The translations under genes and the position numbers were made by a program. From the NCBI RefSeq assembly GCF_009914755.1, contig NC_060942.1: a stretch of DNA of 64,000 bases; one strand, written 5' to 3'. The notes below the pieces were generated by a model. The model was given only the letters and a program-made list of their open reading frames with translations, had not been told where the DNA came from and made no database searches. This document shows positions 46,901 to 61,900 of the stretch, piece by piece; the stretch's first letter is position 1; the number at the start of each line of letters is the position of its first letter. This stretch comes from the human T2T-CHM13v2.0 reference genome, Homo sapiens.

Positions 46901-49900
46901 ATCTTTGTGATGTTTGTATTCAGGACAGAGAGTTGAACATTCCCTATCATAGAGCAGGTTGGAATCACTCCTTTTGTAGTATCTGGTAGTGCACATTTGG
47001 AGCGCTTTCAGGCCTATTTTGGAAAGGGAAATATCTTCCCGTAACAACTATGCAGAAGCATTCTCAGAAACTTGTTTGTGATGTGTGCCCTCTACTGACA
47101 GAGTTGAACCTTTCTTTTCATAGAGCAGTTTTGAAACACTCTTTTTGTAGAATCTGCAAGAGGATATTTGCATAGCTTTGAGGATTTCGTGGGAAACGGG
47201 ATTGTCTTCAGGTAAAATCTAGACAGAAGCATTCTCAGAAACTTCTTTGGGATGTTTGCATTCAAGTCACAGAGTAGAACATTCCCTTTGGTAGAGCAGG
47301 TTTGAAACACTCTTTTTGTAGTATCTGGAAGTGGACATTTGGAGCGCTTTCAGGCCCATGTTGGAAAGGGAAATATCTTCCCGTAACAACTAGGCAGAAG
47401 CATTCTCAGAAACTTATTTGAGATGTGTGTACTCAACTAAGAGAATTGAACCACCGTTTTGAAGGAGCAGTTTTGAAACACTCTTTTTCTGGAATCTGCA
47501 AGAGTATATTTGCCTAGCCTTGAGGATTTCGTTGGAAACGGGATTGTCTTCAGAGAAAATCTAGACAGAAGCATTCTCAGAAACTTCTTTGGGATGTTTG
47601 CATTCAAGTCACAGAGTAGAACATTCCCTTTGGTAGAGCAGGTTTGAAACACTCTTTTTTTAGTATATGGAAGTGGACATTTGGAGCGCTTTCAGGCCTA
47701 CGTTGGAAAAGGAAATATCTTCCCATAACAACTAGACAGAAGCATTCTCAGAAACTAGTTTCTGATGTGTGTCCTCAACTAACACAGTTGAACATTTCTT
47801 TAGACAGAACAGTTTTGAAACACTCTTTTTGTGGAATCTGCAAGTGGCTATTTGGCTAGATTTGAGGATTTCGTTGGAAACGGGATTACATATAAAAAGC
47901 AGTCAGCAGCATTCTCAGAAAGTTCTTTGTGATGATTGCATTCAAGTCACAGAATTGAACATTCCCTTTCACAGAGCAGGTTTGAAACACTCTTTTTGTA
48001 GTGTGTGTAAGTGGACATTTGGAGCACTTACCGGCCTAAGGTGAAAAAGGAAATATCTTCCCATAAAAACTAGACAGAAGCATTCTCAGAAACTTACTCG
48101 TGATGTGTGTCCTCAACTAAAGGAGTAGAACCTTTCTTTTCATAGAGAAGTTTTGAAACGCTCTTTTTGTGGAATCTGCAAGTGGATATTTGGCTAGTTT
48201 TGAGGATTTCGTTGGAAGCGGGAATTCATACAAATTGCAGACTGCAGCGTTCTGAGAAACATCTTTGTGATGTTTGTATTCAGGACACAGAGTTGAACAT
48301 TCCCTATCATAGAGCAGGTTTGAATCACTCCTTTTGTAGTATCTGGAAGTGGACATTTGGAGTGCTTTCAGGCCTATGTTGGAAAAGGAAATATCTTCCC
48401 ATAACAACTAGACAGAAGCATTCTCAGAAACTTATTTGAGATGTGTGTACTCAACTAAGAGAATTGAACCACCGTTTTGAAGGAGCAGTTTTGAAACACT
48501 CTTTTTCTGGAATCTGCAAGTGGATATTTGGCTAGCTTTGGGGATTTCGCTGGAAGCGGGAATACATATAAAAAGCACACAGCAGCGTTCTGAGAAACTG
48601 CTTTCTGATGTTTGCATTCAAGTCAAAAGTTGAACACTCCCTTTCATAGAGCAGTCTTGAAACACCCCTTTTGTAGTATCTGGAACTGGACTTTTGGAGC
48701 GATTTCAGGGCTAAGGTGAAAAAGGAAATATCTTCCCATAAAAACTGGACAGAAGCATTCTCAGAAACTTGTTTATGCTGTATCTACTCAACTAACAAAG
48801 TTGAACCTTTCTTTTGATAGAGCAGTTTTGAAATGGTCTTTTTGTGGAATCTGCAAGTGGATATTTGGCTAGTTTTGAGGATTTCGTTGGAAGCGGGAAT
48901 TCATACAAATTGCAGACTGCAGCGTTCTGAGAAACATCTTTGTGATGTTTGTATTCAGGACAGAGAGTTGAACATTCCCTATCATAGAGCAGGTTGGAAT
49001 CACTCCTTTTGTAGTATCTGGAAGTGGACATTTGGAGCGCTTTCAGGCCTATTTTGGAAAGGGAAATATCTTCCCGTAACAACTATGCAGAAGCATTCTC
49101 AGAAACTTGTTTGTGATGTGTGCCCTCTACTGACAGAGTTGAACCTTTCTTTTCATAGAGCAGTTTTGAAACACTCTTTTTGTAGAATCTGCAAGAGGAT
49201 ATTTGCATAGCTTTGAGGATTTCGTGGGAAACGGGATTGTCTTCAGGTAAAATCTAGACAGAAGCATTCTCAGAAACTTCTTTGGGATGTTTGCATTCAA
49301 GTCACAGAGTAGAACATTCCCTTTGGTAGAGCAGGTTTGAAACACTCTTTTTGTAGTATCTGGAAGTGGACATTTGGAGCGCTTTCAGGCCCATGTTGGA
49401 AAGGGAAATATCTTCCCGTAACAACTAGGCAGAAGCATTCTCAGAAACTTATTTGAGATGTGTGTACTCAACTAAGAGAATTGAACCACCGTTTTGAAGG
49501 AGCAGTTTTGAAACACTCTTTTTCTGGAATCTGCAAGAGTATATTTGCCTAGCCTTGAGGATTTCGTTGGAAACGGGATTGTCTTCAGAGAAAATCTAGA
49601 CAGAAGCATTCTCAGAAACTTCTTTGGGATGTTTGCATTCAAGTCACAGAGTAGAACATTCCCTTTGGTAGAGCAGGTTTGAAACACTCTTTTTTTAGTA
49701 TATGGAAGTGGACATTTGGAGCGCTTTCAGGCCTACGTTGGAAAAGGAAATATCTTCCCATAACAACTAGACAGAAGCATTCTCAGAAACTAGTTTCTGA
49801 TGTGTGTCCTCAACTAACACAGTTGAACATTTCTTTAGACAGAACAGTTTTGAAACACTCTTTTTGTGGAATCTGCAAGTGGCTATTTGGCTAGATTTGA

Positions 49901-52900
49901 GGATTTCGTTGGAAACGGGATTACATATAAAAAGCAGTCAGCAGCATTCTCAGAAAGTTCTTTGTGATGATTGCATTCAAGTCACAGAATTGAACATTCC
50001 CTTTCACAGAGCAGGTTTGAAACACTCTTTTTGTAGTGTGTGTAAGTGGACATTTGGAGCACTTACCGGCCTAAGGTGAAAAAGGAAATATCTTCCCATA
50101 AAAACTAGACAGAAGCATTCTCAGAAACTTACTCGTGATGTGTGTCCTCAACTAAAGGAGTAGAACCTTTCTTTTCATAGAGAAGTTTTGAAACGCTCTT
50201 TTTGTGGAATCTGCAAGTGGATATTTGGCTAGTTTTGAGGATTTCGTTGGAAGCGGGAATTCATACAAATTGCAGACTGCAGCGTTCTGAGAAACATCTT
50301 TGTGATGTTTGTATTCAGGACACAGAGTTGAACATTCCCTATCATAGAGCAGGTTGGAATCACTCCTTTTGTAGTATCTGGAAGTGGACATTTGGAGCGC
50401 TTTCAGGCCTATGTTGGAAAAGGAAATATCTTCCCATAACAACTAGACAGAAGCATTCTCAGAAACTTATTTGAGATGTGTGTACTCAACTAAGAGAATT
50501 GAACCACCGTTTTGAAGGAGCAGTTTTGAAACTCTCTTTTTCTGGAATCTGCAAGTGGATATTTGGCTAGCTTTGGGGATTTCGCTGGAAGCGGGAATAC
50601 ATATAAAAAGCACACAGCAGCGTTCTGAGAAACTGCTTTCTGATGTTTGCATTCAAGTCAAAAGTTGAACACTCCCTTTCATAGAGCAGTCTTGAAACAC
50701 CCCTTTTGTAGTATCTGGAACTGGACTTTTGGAGCGATTTCAGGGCTAAGGTGAAAAAGGAAATATCTTCCCATAAAAACTGGACAGAAGCATTCTCAGA
50801 AACTTGGTTATGCTGTATCTACTCAACTAACAAAGTTGAACCTTTCTTTTGATAGAGCAGTTTTGAAATGGTCTTTTTGTGGAATCTGCAAGTGGATATT
50901 TGGCTAGTTTTGAGGATTTCGTTGGAAGCGGGAATTCATACAAATTGCAGACTGCAGCGTTCTGAGAAACATCTTTGTGATGTTTGTATTCAGGACACAG
51001 AGTTGAACATTCCCTATCATAGAGCAGGTTGGAATCACTCCTTTTGTAGTATCTGGAAGTGGACATTTGGAGCGCTTTCAGGCCTATTTTGGAAAGGGAA
51101 ATATCTTCCCGTAACAACTATGCAGAAGCATTCTCAGAAACTTGTTTGTGATGTGTGCCCTCTACTGACAGAGTTGAACCTTTCTTTTCATAGAGCAGTT
51201 TTGAAACACTCTTTTTGTAGAATCTGCAAGAGGATATTTGCATAGCTTTGAGGATTTCGTGGGAAACGGGATTGTCTTCAGGTAAAATCTAGACAGAAGC
51301 ATTCTCAGAAACTTCTTTGGGATGTTTGCATTCAAGTCACAGAGTAGAACATTCCCTTTGGTAGAGCAGGTTTGAAACACTCTTTTTGTAGTATCTGGAA
51401 GTGGACATTTGGAGCGCTTTCAGGCCCATGTTGGAAAGGGAAATATCTTCCCGTAACAACTAGGCAGAAGCATTCTCAGAAACTTATTTGAGATGTGTGT
51501 ACTCAACTAAGAGAATTGAACCACCGTTTTGAAGGAGCAGTTTTGAAACACTCTTTTTCTGGAATCTGCAAGAGTATATTTGCCTAGCCTTGAGGATTTC
51601 GTTGGAAACGGGATTGTCTTCAGAGAAAATCTAGACAGAAGCATTCTCAGAAACTTCTTTGGGATGTTTGCATTCAAGTCACAGAGTAGAACATTCCCTT
51701 TGGTAGAGCAGGTTTGAAACACTCTTTTTTTAGTATATGGAAGTGGACATTTGGATCGCTTTCAGGCCTACGTTGGAAAAGGAAATATCTTCCCATAACA
51801 ACTAGACAGAAGCATTCTCAGAAACTAGTTTCTGATGTGTGTCCTCAACTAACACAGTTGAACATTTCTTTAGACAGAACAGTTTTGAAACACTCTTTTT
51901 GTGGAATCTGCAAGTGGCTATTTGGCTAGATTTGAGGATTTCGTTGGAAACGGGATTACATATAAAAAGCAGTCAGCAGCATTCTCAGAAAGTTCTTTGT
52001 GATGATTGCATTCAAGTCACAGAATTGAACATTCCCTTTCACAGAGCAGGTTTGAAACACTCTTTTTGTAGTGTGTGTAAGTGGACATTTGGAGCACTTA
52101 CCGGCCTAAGGTGAAAAAGGAAATATCTTCCCATAAAAACTAGACAGAAGCATTCTCAGAAACTTACTCGTGATGTGTGTCCTCAACTAAAGGAGTAGAA
52201 CCTTTCTTTTCATAGAGAAGTTTTGAAACGCTCTTTTTGTGGAATCTGCAAGTGGATATTTGGCTAGTTTTGAGGATTTCGTTGGAAGCGGGAATTCATA
52301 CAAATTGCAGACTGCAGCGTTCTGAGAAACATCTTTGTGATGTTTGTATTCAGGACACAGAGTTGAACATTCCCTATCATAGAGCAGGTTGGAATCACTC
52401 CTTTTGTAGTATCTGGAAGTGGACATTTGGAGCGCTTTCAGGCCTATGTTGGAAAAGGAAATATCTTCCCATAACAACTAGACAGAAGCATTCTCAGAAA
52501 CTTATTTGAGATGTGTGTACTCAACTAAGAGAATTGAACCACCGTTTTGAAGGAGCAGTTTTGAAACTCTCTTTTTCTGGAATCTGCAAGTGGATATTTG
52601 GCTAGCTTTGGGGATTTCGCTGGAAGCGGGAATACATATAAAAAGCACACAGCAGCGTTCTGAGAAACTGCTTTCTGATGTTTGCATTCAAGTCAAAAGT
52701 TGAACACTCCCTTTCATAGAGCAGTCTTGAAACACCCCTTTTGTAGTATCTGGAACTGGACTTTTGGAGCGATTTCAGGGCTAAGGTGAAAAAGGAAATA
52801 TCTTCCCATAAAAACTGGACAGAAGCATTCTCAGAAACTTGTTTATGCTGTATCTACTCAACTAACAAAGTTGAACCTTTCTTTTGATAGAGCAGTTTTG

Positions 52901-55900
52901 AAATGGTCTTTTTGTGGAATCTGCAAGTGGATATTTGGCTAGTTTTGAGGATTTCGTTGGAAGCGGGAATTCATACAAATTGCAGACTGCAGCGTTCTGA
53001 GAAACATCTTTGTGATGTTTGTATTCAGGACACAGAGTTGAACATTCCCTATCATAGAGCAGGTTGGAATCACTCCTTTTGTAGTATCTGGAAGTGGACA
53101 TTTGGAGCGCTTTCAGGCCTATTTTGGAAAGGGAAATATCTTCCCGTAACAACTATGCAGAAGCATTCTCAGAAACTTGTTTGTGATGTGTGCCCTCTAC
53201 TGACAGAGTTGAACCTTTCTTTTCATAGAGCAGTTTTGAAACACTCTTTTTGTAGAATCTGCAAGAGGATATTTGCATAGCTTTGAGGATTTCGTGGGAA
53301 ACGGGATTGTCTTCAGGTAAAATCTAGACAGAAGCATTCTCAGAAACTTCTTTGGGATGTTTGCATTCAAGTCACAGAGTAGAACATTCCCTTTGGTAGA
53401 GCAGGTTTGAAACACTCTTTTTGTAGTATCTGGAAGTGGACATTTGGAGCGCTTTCAGGCCCATGTTGGAAAGGGAAATATCTTCCCGTAACAACTAGGC
53501 AGAAGCATTCTCAGAAACTTATTTGAGATGTGTGTACTCAACTAAGAGAATTGAACCACCGTTTTGAAGGAGCAGTTTTGAAACACTCTTTTTCTGGAAT
53601 CTGCAAGAGTATATTTGCCTAGCCTTGAGGATTTCGTTGGAAACGGGATTGTCTTCAGAGAAAATCTAGACAGAAGCATTCTCAGAAACTTCTTTGGGAT
53701 GTTTGCATTCAAGTCACAGAGTAGAACATTCCCTTTGGTAGAGCAGGTTTGAAACACTCTTTTTTTAGTATATGGAAGTGGATATTTGGAGAGCTTTCAG
53801 GCCTACGTTGGAAAAGGAAATATCTTCCCATAACAACTAGACAGAAGCATTCTCAGAAACTAGTTTCTGATGTGTGTCCTCAACTAACACAGTTGAACAT
53901 TTCTTTAGACAGAACAGTTTTGAAACACTCTTTTTGTGGAATCTGCAAGTGGCTATTTGGCTAGATTTGAGGATTTCGTTGGAAACGGGATTACATATAA
54001 AAAGCAGTCAGCAGCATTCTCAGAAAGTTCTTTGTGATGATTGCATTCAAGTCACAGAATTGAACATTCCCTTTCACAGAGCAGGTTTGAAACACTCTTT
54101 TTGTAGTGTGTGTAAGTGGACATTTGGAGCACTTACCGGCCTAAGGTGAAAAAGGAAATATCTTCCCATAAAAACTAGACAGAAGCATTCTCAGAAACTT
54201 ACTCGTGATGTGTGTCCTCAACTAAAGGAGTAGAACCTTTCTTTTCATAGAGAAGTTTTGAAACGCTCTTTTTGTGGAATCTGCAAGTGGATATTTGGCT
54301 AGTTTTGAGGATTTCGTTGGAAGCGGGAATTCATACAAATTGCAGACTGCAGCGTTCTGAGAAACATCTTTGTGATGTTTGTATTCAGGACACAGAGTTG
54401 AACATTCCCTATCATAGAGCAGGTTTGAATCACTCCTTTTGTAGTATCTGGAAGTGGACATTTGGAGTGCTTTCAGGCCTATGTTGGAAAAGGAAATATC
54501 TTCCCATAACAACTAGACAGAAGCATTCTCAGAAACTTATTTGAGATGTGTGTACTCAACTAAGAGAATTGAACCACCGTTTTGAAGGAGCAGTTTTGAA
54601 ACACTCTTTTTCTGGAATCTGCAAGTGGATATTTGGCTAGCTTTGGGGATTTCGCTGGAAGCGGGAATACATATAAAAAGCACACAGCAGCGTTCTGAGA
54701 AACTGCTTTCTGATGTTTGCATTCAAGTCAAAAGTTGAACACTCCCTTTCATAGAGCAGTCTTGAAACACCCCTTTTGTAGTATCTGGAACTGGACTTTT
54801 GGAGCGATTTCAGGGCTAAGGTGAAAAAGGAAATATCTTCCCATAAAAACTGGACAGAAGCATTCTCAGAAACTTGGTTATGCTGTATCTACTCAACTAA
54901 CAAAGTTGAACCTTTCTTTTGATAGAGCAGTTTTGAAATGGTCTTTTTGTGGAATCTGCAAGTGGATATTTGGCTAGTTTTGAGGATTTCGTTGGAAGCG
55001 GGAATTCATACAAATTGCAGACTGCAGCGTTCTGAGAAACATCTTTGTGATGTTTGTATTCAGGACACAGAGTTGAACATTCCCTATCATAGAGCAGGTT
55101 GGAATCACTCCTTTTGTAGTATCTGGAAGTGGACATTTGGAGCGCTTTCAGGCCTATTTTGGAAAGGGAAATATCTTCCCGTAACAACTATGCAGAAGCA
55201 TTCTCAGAAACTTGTTTGTGATGTGTGCCCTCTACTGACAGAGTTGAACCTTTCTTTTCATAGAGCAGTTTTGAAACACTCTTTTTGTAGAATCTGCAAG
55301 AGGATATTTGCATAGCTTTGAGGATTTCGTGGGAAACGGGATTGTCTTCAGGTAAAATCTAGACAGAAGCATTCTCAGAAACTTCTTTGGGATGTTTGCA
55401 TTCAAGTCACAGAGTAGAACATTCCCTTTGGTAGAGCAGGTTTGAAACACTCTTTTTGTAGTATCTGGAAGTGGACATTTGGAGCGCTTTCAGGCCCATG
55501 TTGGAAAGGGAAATATCTTCCCGTAACAACTAGGCAGAAGCATTCTCAGAAACTTATTTGAGATGTGTGTACTCAACTAAGAGAATTGAACCACCGTTTT
55601 GAAGGAGCAGTTTTGAAACACTCTTTTTCTGGAATCTGCAAGAGTATATTTGCCTAGCCTTGAGGATTTCGTTGGAAACGGGATTGTCTTCAGAGAAAAT
55701 CTAGACAGAAGCATTCTCAGAAACTTCTTTGGGATGCTTGCATTCAAGTCACAGAGTAGAACATTCCCTTTGGTAGAGCAGGTTTGAAACACTCTTTTTG
55801 TAGTATCTGGAAGTGGACATTTGGAGCGCTTTCAGGCCTACGTTGGAAAAGGAAATATCTTCCCATAACAACTAGACAGAAGCATTCTCAGAAACTAGTT

Positions 55901-58900
55901 TCTGATGTGTGTCCTCAACTAACACAGTTGAACATTTCTTTAGACAGAACAGTTTTGAAACACTCTTTTTGTGGAATCTGCAAGTGGCTATTTGGCTAGA
56001 TTTGAGGATTTCGTTGGAAACGGGATTACATATAAAAAGCAGTCAGCAGCATTCTCAGAAAGTTCTTTGTGATGATTGCATTCAAGTCACAGAATTGAAC
56101 ATTCCCTTTCACAGAGCAGGTTTGAAACACTCTTTTTGTAGTGTGTGTAAGTGGACATTTGGAGCACTTACCGGCCTAAGGTGAAAAAGGAAATATCTTC
56201 CCATAAAAACTAGACAGAAGCATTCTCAGAAACTTACTCGTGATGTGTGTCCTCAACTAAAGGAGTAGAACCTTTCTTTTCATAGAGAAGTTTTGAAACG
56301 CTCTTTTTGTGGAATCTGCAAGTGGATATTTGGCTAGTTTTGAGGATTTCGTTGGAAGCGGGAATTCATACAAATTGCAGACTGCAGCGTTCTGAGAAAC
56401 ATCTTTGTGATGTTTGTATTCAGGACACAGAGTTGAACATTCCCTATCATAGAGCAGGTTGGAATCACTCCTTTTGTAGTATCTGGAAGTGGACATTTGG
56501 AGCGCTTTCAGGCCTATGTTGGAAAAGGAAATATCTTCCCATAACAACTAGACAGAAGCATTCTCAGAAACTTATTTGAGATGTGTGTACTCAACTAAGA
56601 GAATTGAACCACCGTTTTGAAGGAGCAGTTTTGAAACTCTCTTTTTCTGGAATCTGCAAGTGGATATTTGGCTAGCTTTGGGGATTTCGCTGGAAGCGGG
56701 AATACATATAAAAAGCACACAGCAGCGTTCTGAGAAACTGCTTTCTGATGTTTGCATTCAAGTCAAAAGTTGAACACTCCCTTTCATAGAGCAGTCTTGA
56801 AACACCCCTTTTGTAGTATCTGGAACTGGACTTTTGGAGCGATTTCAGGGCTAAGGTGAAAAAGGAAATATCTTCCCATAAAAACTGGACAGAAGCATTC
56901 TCAGAAACTTGGTTATGCTGTATCTACTCAACTAACAAAGTTGAACCTTTCTTTTGATAGAGCAGTTTTGAAATGGTCTTTTTGTGGAATCTGCAAGTGG
57001 ATATTTGGCTAGTTTTGAGGATTTCGTTGGAAGCGGGAATTCATACAAATTGCAGACTGCAGCGTTCTGAGAAACATCTTTGTGATGTTTGTATTCAGGA
57101 CACAGAGTTGAACATTCCCTATCATAGAGCAGGTTGGAATCACTCCTTTTGTAGTATCTGGAAGTGGACATTTGGAGCGCTTTCAGGCCTATTTTGGAAA
57201 GGGAAATATCTTCCCGTAACAACTATGCAGAAGCATTCTCAGAAACTTGTTTGTGATGTGTGCCCTCTACTGACAGAGTTGAACCTTTCTTTTCATAGAG
57301 CAGTTTTGAAACACTCTTTTTGTAGAATCTGCAAGAGGATATTTGCATAGCTTTGAGGATTTCGTGGGAAACGGGATTGTCTTCAGGTAAAATCTAGACA
57401 GAAGCATTCTCAGAAACTTCTTTGGGATGTTTGCATTCAAGTCACAGAGTAGAACATTCCCTTTGGTAGAGCAGGTTTGAAACACTCTTTTTGTAGTATC
57501 TGGAAGTGGACATTTGGAGCGCTTTCAGGCCCATGTTGGAAAGGGAAATATCTTCCCGTAACAACTAGGCAGAAGCATTCTCAGAAACTTATTTGAGATG
57601 TGTGTACTCAACTAAGAGAATTGAACCACCGTTTTGAAGGAGCAGTTTTGAAACACTCTTTTTCTGGAATCTGCAAGAGTATATTTGCCTAGCCTTGAGG
57701 ATTTCGTTGGAAACGGGATTGTCTTCAGAGAAAATCTAGACAGAAGCATTCTCAGAAACTTCTTTGGGATGTTTGCATTCAAGTCACAGAGTAGAACATT
57801 CCCTTTGGTAGAGCAGGTTTGAAACACTCTTTTTTTAGTATATGGAAGTGGACATTTGGATCGCTTTCAGGCCTACGTTGGAAAAGGAAATATCTTCCCA
57901 TAACAACTAGACAGAAGCATTCTCAGAAACTAGTTTCTGATGTGTGTCCTCAACTAACACAGTTGAACATTTCTTTAGACAGAACAGTTTTGAAACACTC
58001 TTTTTGTGGAATCTGCAAGTGGCTATTTGGCTAGATTTGAGGATTTCGTTGGAAACGGGATTACATATAAAAAGCAGTCAGCAGCATTCTCAGAAAGTTC
58101 TTTGTGATGATTGCATTCAAGTCACAGAATTGAACATTCCCTTTCACAGAGCAGGTTTGAAACACTCTTTTTGTAGTGTGTGTAAGTGGACATTTGGAGC
58201 ACTTACCGGCCTAAGGTGAAAAAGGAAATATCTTCCCATAAAAACTAGACAGAAGCATTCTCAGAAACTTACTCGTGATGTGTGTCCTCAACTAAAGGAG
58301 TAGAACCTTTCTTTTCATAGAGAAGTTTTGAAACGCTCTTTTTGTGGAATCTGCAAGTGGATATTTGGCTAGTTTTGAGGATTTCGTTGGAAGCGGGAAT
58401 TCATACAAATTGCAGACTGCAGCGTTCTGAGAAACATCTTTGTGATGTTTGTATTCAGGACACAGAGTTGAACATTCCCTATCATAGAGCAGGTTGGAAT
58501 CACTCCTTTTGTAGTATCTGGAAGTGGACATTTGGAGCGCTTTCAGGCCTATGTTGGAAAAGGAAATATCTTCCCATAACAACTAGACAGAAGCATTCTC
58601 AGAAACTTATTTGAGATGTGTGTACTCAACTAAGAGAATTGAACCACCGTTTTGAAGGAGCAGTTTTGAAACTCTCTTTTTCTGGAATCTGCAAGTGGAT
58701 ATTTGGCTAGCTTTGGGGATTTCGCTGGAAGCGGGAATACATATAAAAAGCACACAGCAGCGTTCTGAGAAACTGCTTTCTGATGTTTGCATTCAAGTCA
58801 AAAGTTGAACACTCCCTTTCATAGAGCAGTCTTGAAACACCCCTTTTGTAGTATCTGGAACTGGACTTTTGGAGCGATTTCAGGGCTAAGGTGAAAAAGG

Positions 58901-61900
58901 AAATATCTTCCCATAAAAACTGGACAGAAGCATTCTCAGAAACTTGGTTATGCTGTATCTACTCAACTAACAAAGTTGAACCTTTCTTTTGATAGAGCAG
59001 TTTTGAAATGGTCTTTTTGTGGAATCTGCAAGTGGATATTTGGCTAGTTTTGAGGATTTCGTTGGAAGCGGGAATTCATACAAATTGCAGACTGCAGCGT
59101 TCTGAGAAACATCTTTGTGATGTTTGTATTCAGGACACAGAGTTGAACATTCCCTATCATAGAGCAGGTTGGAATCACTCCTTTTGTAGTATCTGGAAGT
59201 GGACATTTGGAGCGCTTTCAGGCCTATTTTGGAAAGGGAAATATCTTCCCGTAACAACTATGCAGAAGCATTCTCAGAAACTTGTTTGTGATGTGTGCCC
59301 TCTACTGACAGAGTTGAACCTTTCTTTTCATAGAGCAGTTTTGAAACACTCTTTTTGTAGAATCTGCAAGAGGATATTTGCATAGCTTTGAGGATTTCGT
59401 GGGAAACGGGATTGTCTTCAGGTAAAATCTAGACAGAAGCATTCTCAGAAACTTCTTTGGGATGTTTGCATTCAAGTCACAGAGTAGAACATTCCCTTTG
59501 GTAGAGCAGGTTTGAAACACTCTTTTTGTAGTATCTGGAAGTGGACATTTGGAGCGCTTTCAGGCCCATGTTGGAAAGGGAAATATCTTCCCGTAACAAC
59601 TAGGCAGAAGCATTCTCAGAAACTTATTTGAGATGTGTGTACTCAACTAAGAGAATTGAACCACCGTTTTGAAGGAGCAGTTTTGAAACACTCTTTTTCT
59701 GGAATCTGCAAGAGTATATTTGCCTAGCCTTGAGGATTTCGTTGGAAACGGGATTGTCTTCAGAGAAAATCTAGACAGAAGCATTCTCAGAAACTTCTTT
59801 GGGATGTTTGCATTCAAGTCACAGAGTAGAACATTCCCTTTGGTAGAGCAGGTTTGAAACACTCTTTTTTTAGTATCTGGAAGTGGACATTTGGAGCGCT
59901 TTCAGGCCTACGTTGGAAAAGGAAATATCTTCCCATAACAACTAGACAGAAGCATTCTCAGAAACTAGTTTCTGATGTGTGTCCTCAACTAACACAGTTG
60001 AACATTTCTTTAGACAGAACAGTTTTGAAACACTCTTTTTGTGGAATCTGCAAGTGGCTATTTGGCTAGATTTGAGGATTTCGTTGGAAACGGGATTACA
60101 TATAAAAAGCAGTCAGCAGCATTCTCAGAAAGTTCTTTGTGATGATTGCATTCAAGTCACAGAATTGAACATTCCCTTTCACAGAGCAGGTTTGAAACAC
60201 TCTTTTTGTAGTGTGTGTAAGTGGACATTTGGAGCACTTACCGGCCTAAGGTGAAAAAGGAAATATCTTCCCATAAAAACTAGACAGAAGCATTCTCAGA
60301 AACTTACTCGTGATGTGTGTCCTCAACTAAAGGAGTAGAACCTTTCTTTTCATAGAGAAGTTTTGAAACGCTCTTTTTGTGGAATCTGCAAGTGGATATT
60401 TGGCTAGTTTTGAGGATTTCGTTGGAAGCGGGAATTCATACAAATTGCAGACTGCAGCGTTCTGAGAAACATCTTTGTGATGTTTGTATTCAGGACACAG
60501 AGTTGAACATTCCCTATCATAGAGCAGGTTTGAATCACTCCTTTTGTAGTATCTGGAAGTGGACATTTGGAGCGCTTTCAGGCCTATGTTGGAAAAGGAA
60601 ATATCTTCCCATAACAACTAGACAGAAGCATTCTCAGAAACTTATTTGAGATGTGTGTACTCAACTAAGAGAATTGAACCACCGTTTTGAAGGAGCAGTT
60701 TTGAAACACTCTTTTTCTGGAATCTGCAAGTGGATATTTGGCTAGCTTTGGGGATTTCGCTGGAAGCGGGAATACATATAAAAAGCACACAGCAGCGTTC
60801 TGAGAAACTGCTTTCTGATGTTTGCATTCAAGTCAAAAGTTGAACACTCCCTTTCATAGAGCAGTCTTGAAACACCCCTTTTGTAGTATCTGGAACTGGA
60901 CTTTTGGAGCGATTTCAGGGCTAAGGTGAAAAAGGAAATATCTTCCCATAAAAACTGGACAGAAGCATTCTCAGAAACTTGGTTATGCTGTATCTACTCA
61001 ACTAACAAAGTTGAACCTTTCTTTTGATAGAGCAGTTTTGAAATGGTCTTTTTGTGGAATCTGCAAGTGGATATTTGGCTAGTTTTGAGGATTTCGTTGG
61101 AAGCGGGAATTCATACAAATTGCAGACTGCAGCGTTCTGAGAAACATCTTTGTGATGTTTGTATTCAGGACACAGAGTTGAACATTCCCTATCATAGAGC
61201 AGGTTGGAATCACTCCTTTTGTAGTATCTGGAAGTGGACATTTGGAGCGCTTTCAGGCCTATTTTGGAAAGGGAAATATCTTCCCGTAACAACTATGCAG
61301 AAGCATTCTCAGAAACTTGTTTGTGATGTGTGCCCTCTACTGACAGAGTTGAACCTTTCTTTTCATAGAGCAGTTTTGAAACACTCTTTTTGTAGAATCT
61401 GCAAGAGGATATTTGCATAGCTTTGAGGATTTCGTGGGAAACGGGATTGTCTTCAGGTAAAATCTAGACAGAAGCATTCTCAGAAACTTCTTTGGGATGT
61501 TTGCATTCAAGTCACAGAGTAGAACATTCCCTTTGGTAGAGCAGGTTTGAAACACTCTTTTTGTAGTATCTGGAAGTGGACATTTGGAGCGCTTTCAGGC
61601 CCATGTTGGAAAGGGAAATATCTTCCCGTAACAACTAGGCAGAAGCATTCTCAGAAACTTATTTGAGATGTGTGTACTCAACTAAGAGAATTGAACCACC
61701 GTTTTGAAGGAGCAGTTTTGAAACACTCTTTTTCTGGAATCTGCAAGAGTATATTTGCCTAGCCTTGAGGATTTCGTTGGAAACGGGATTGTCTTCAGAG
61801 AAAATCTAGACAGAAGCATTCTCAGAAACTTCTTTGGGATGTTTGCATTCAAGTCACAGAGTAGAACATTCCCTTTGGTAGAGCAGGTTTGAAACACTCT

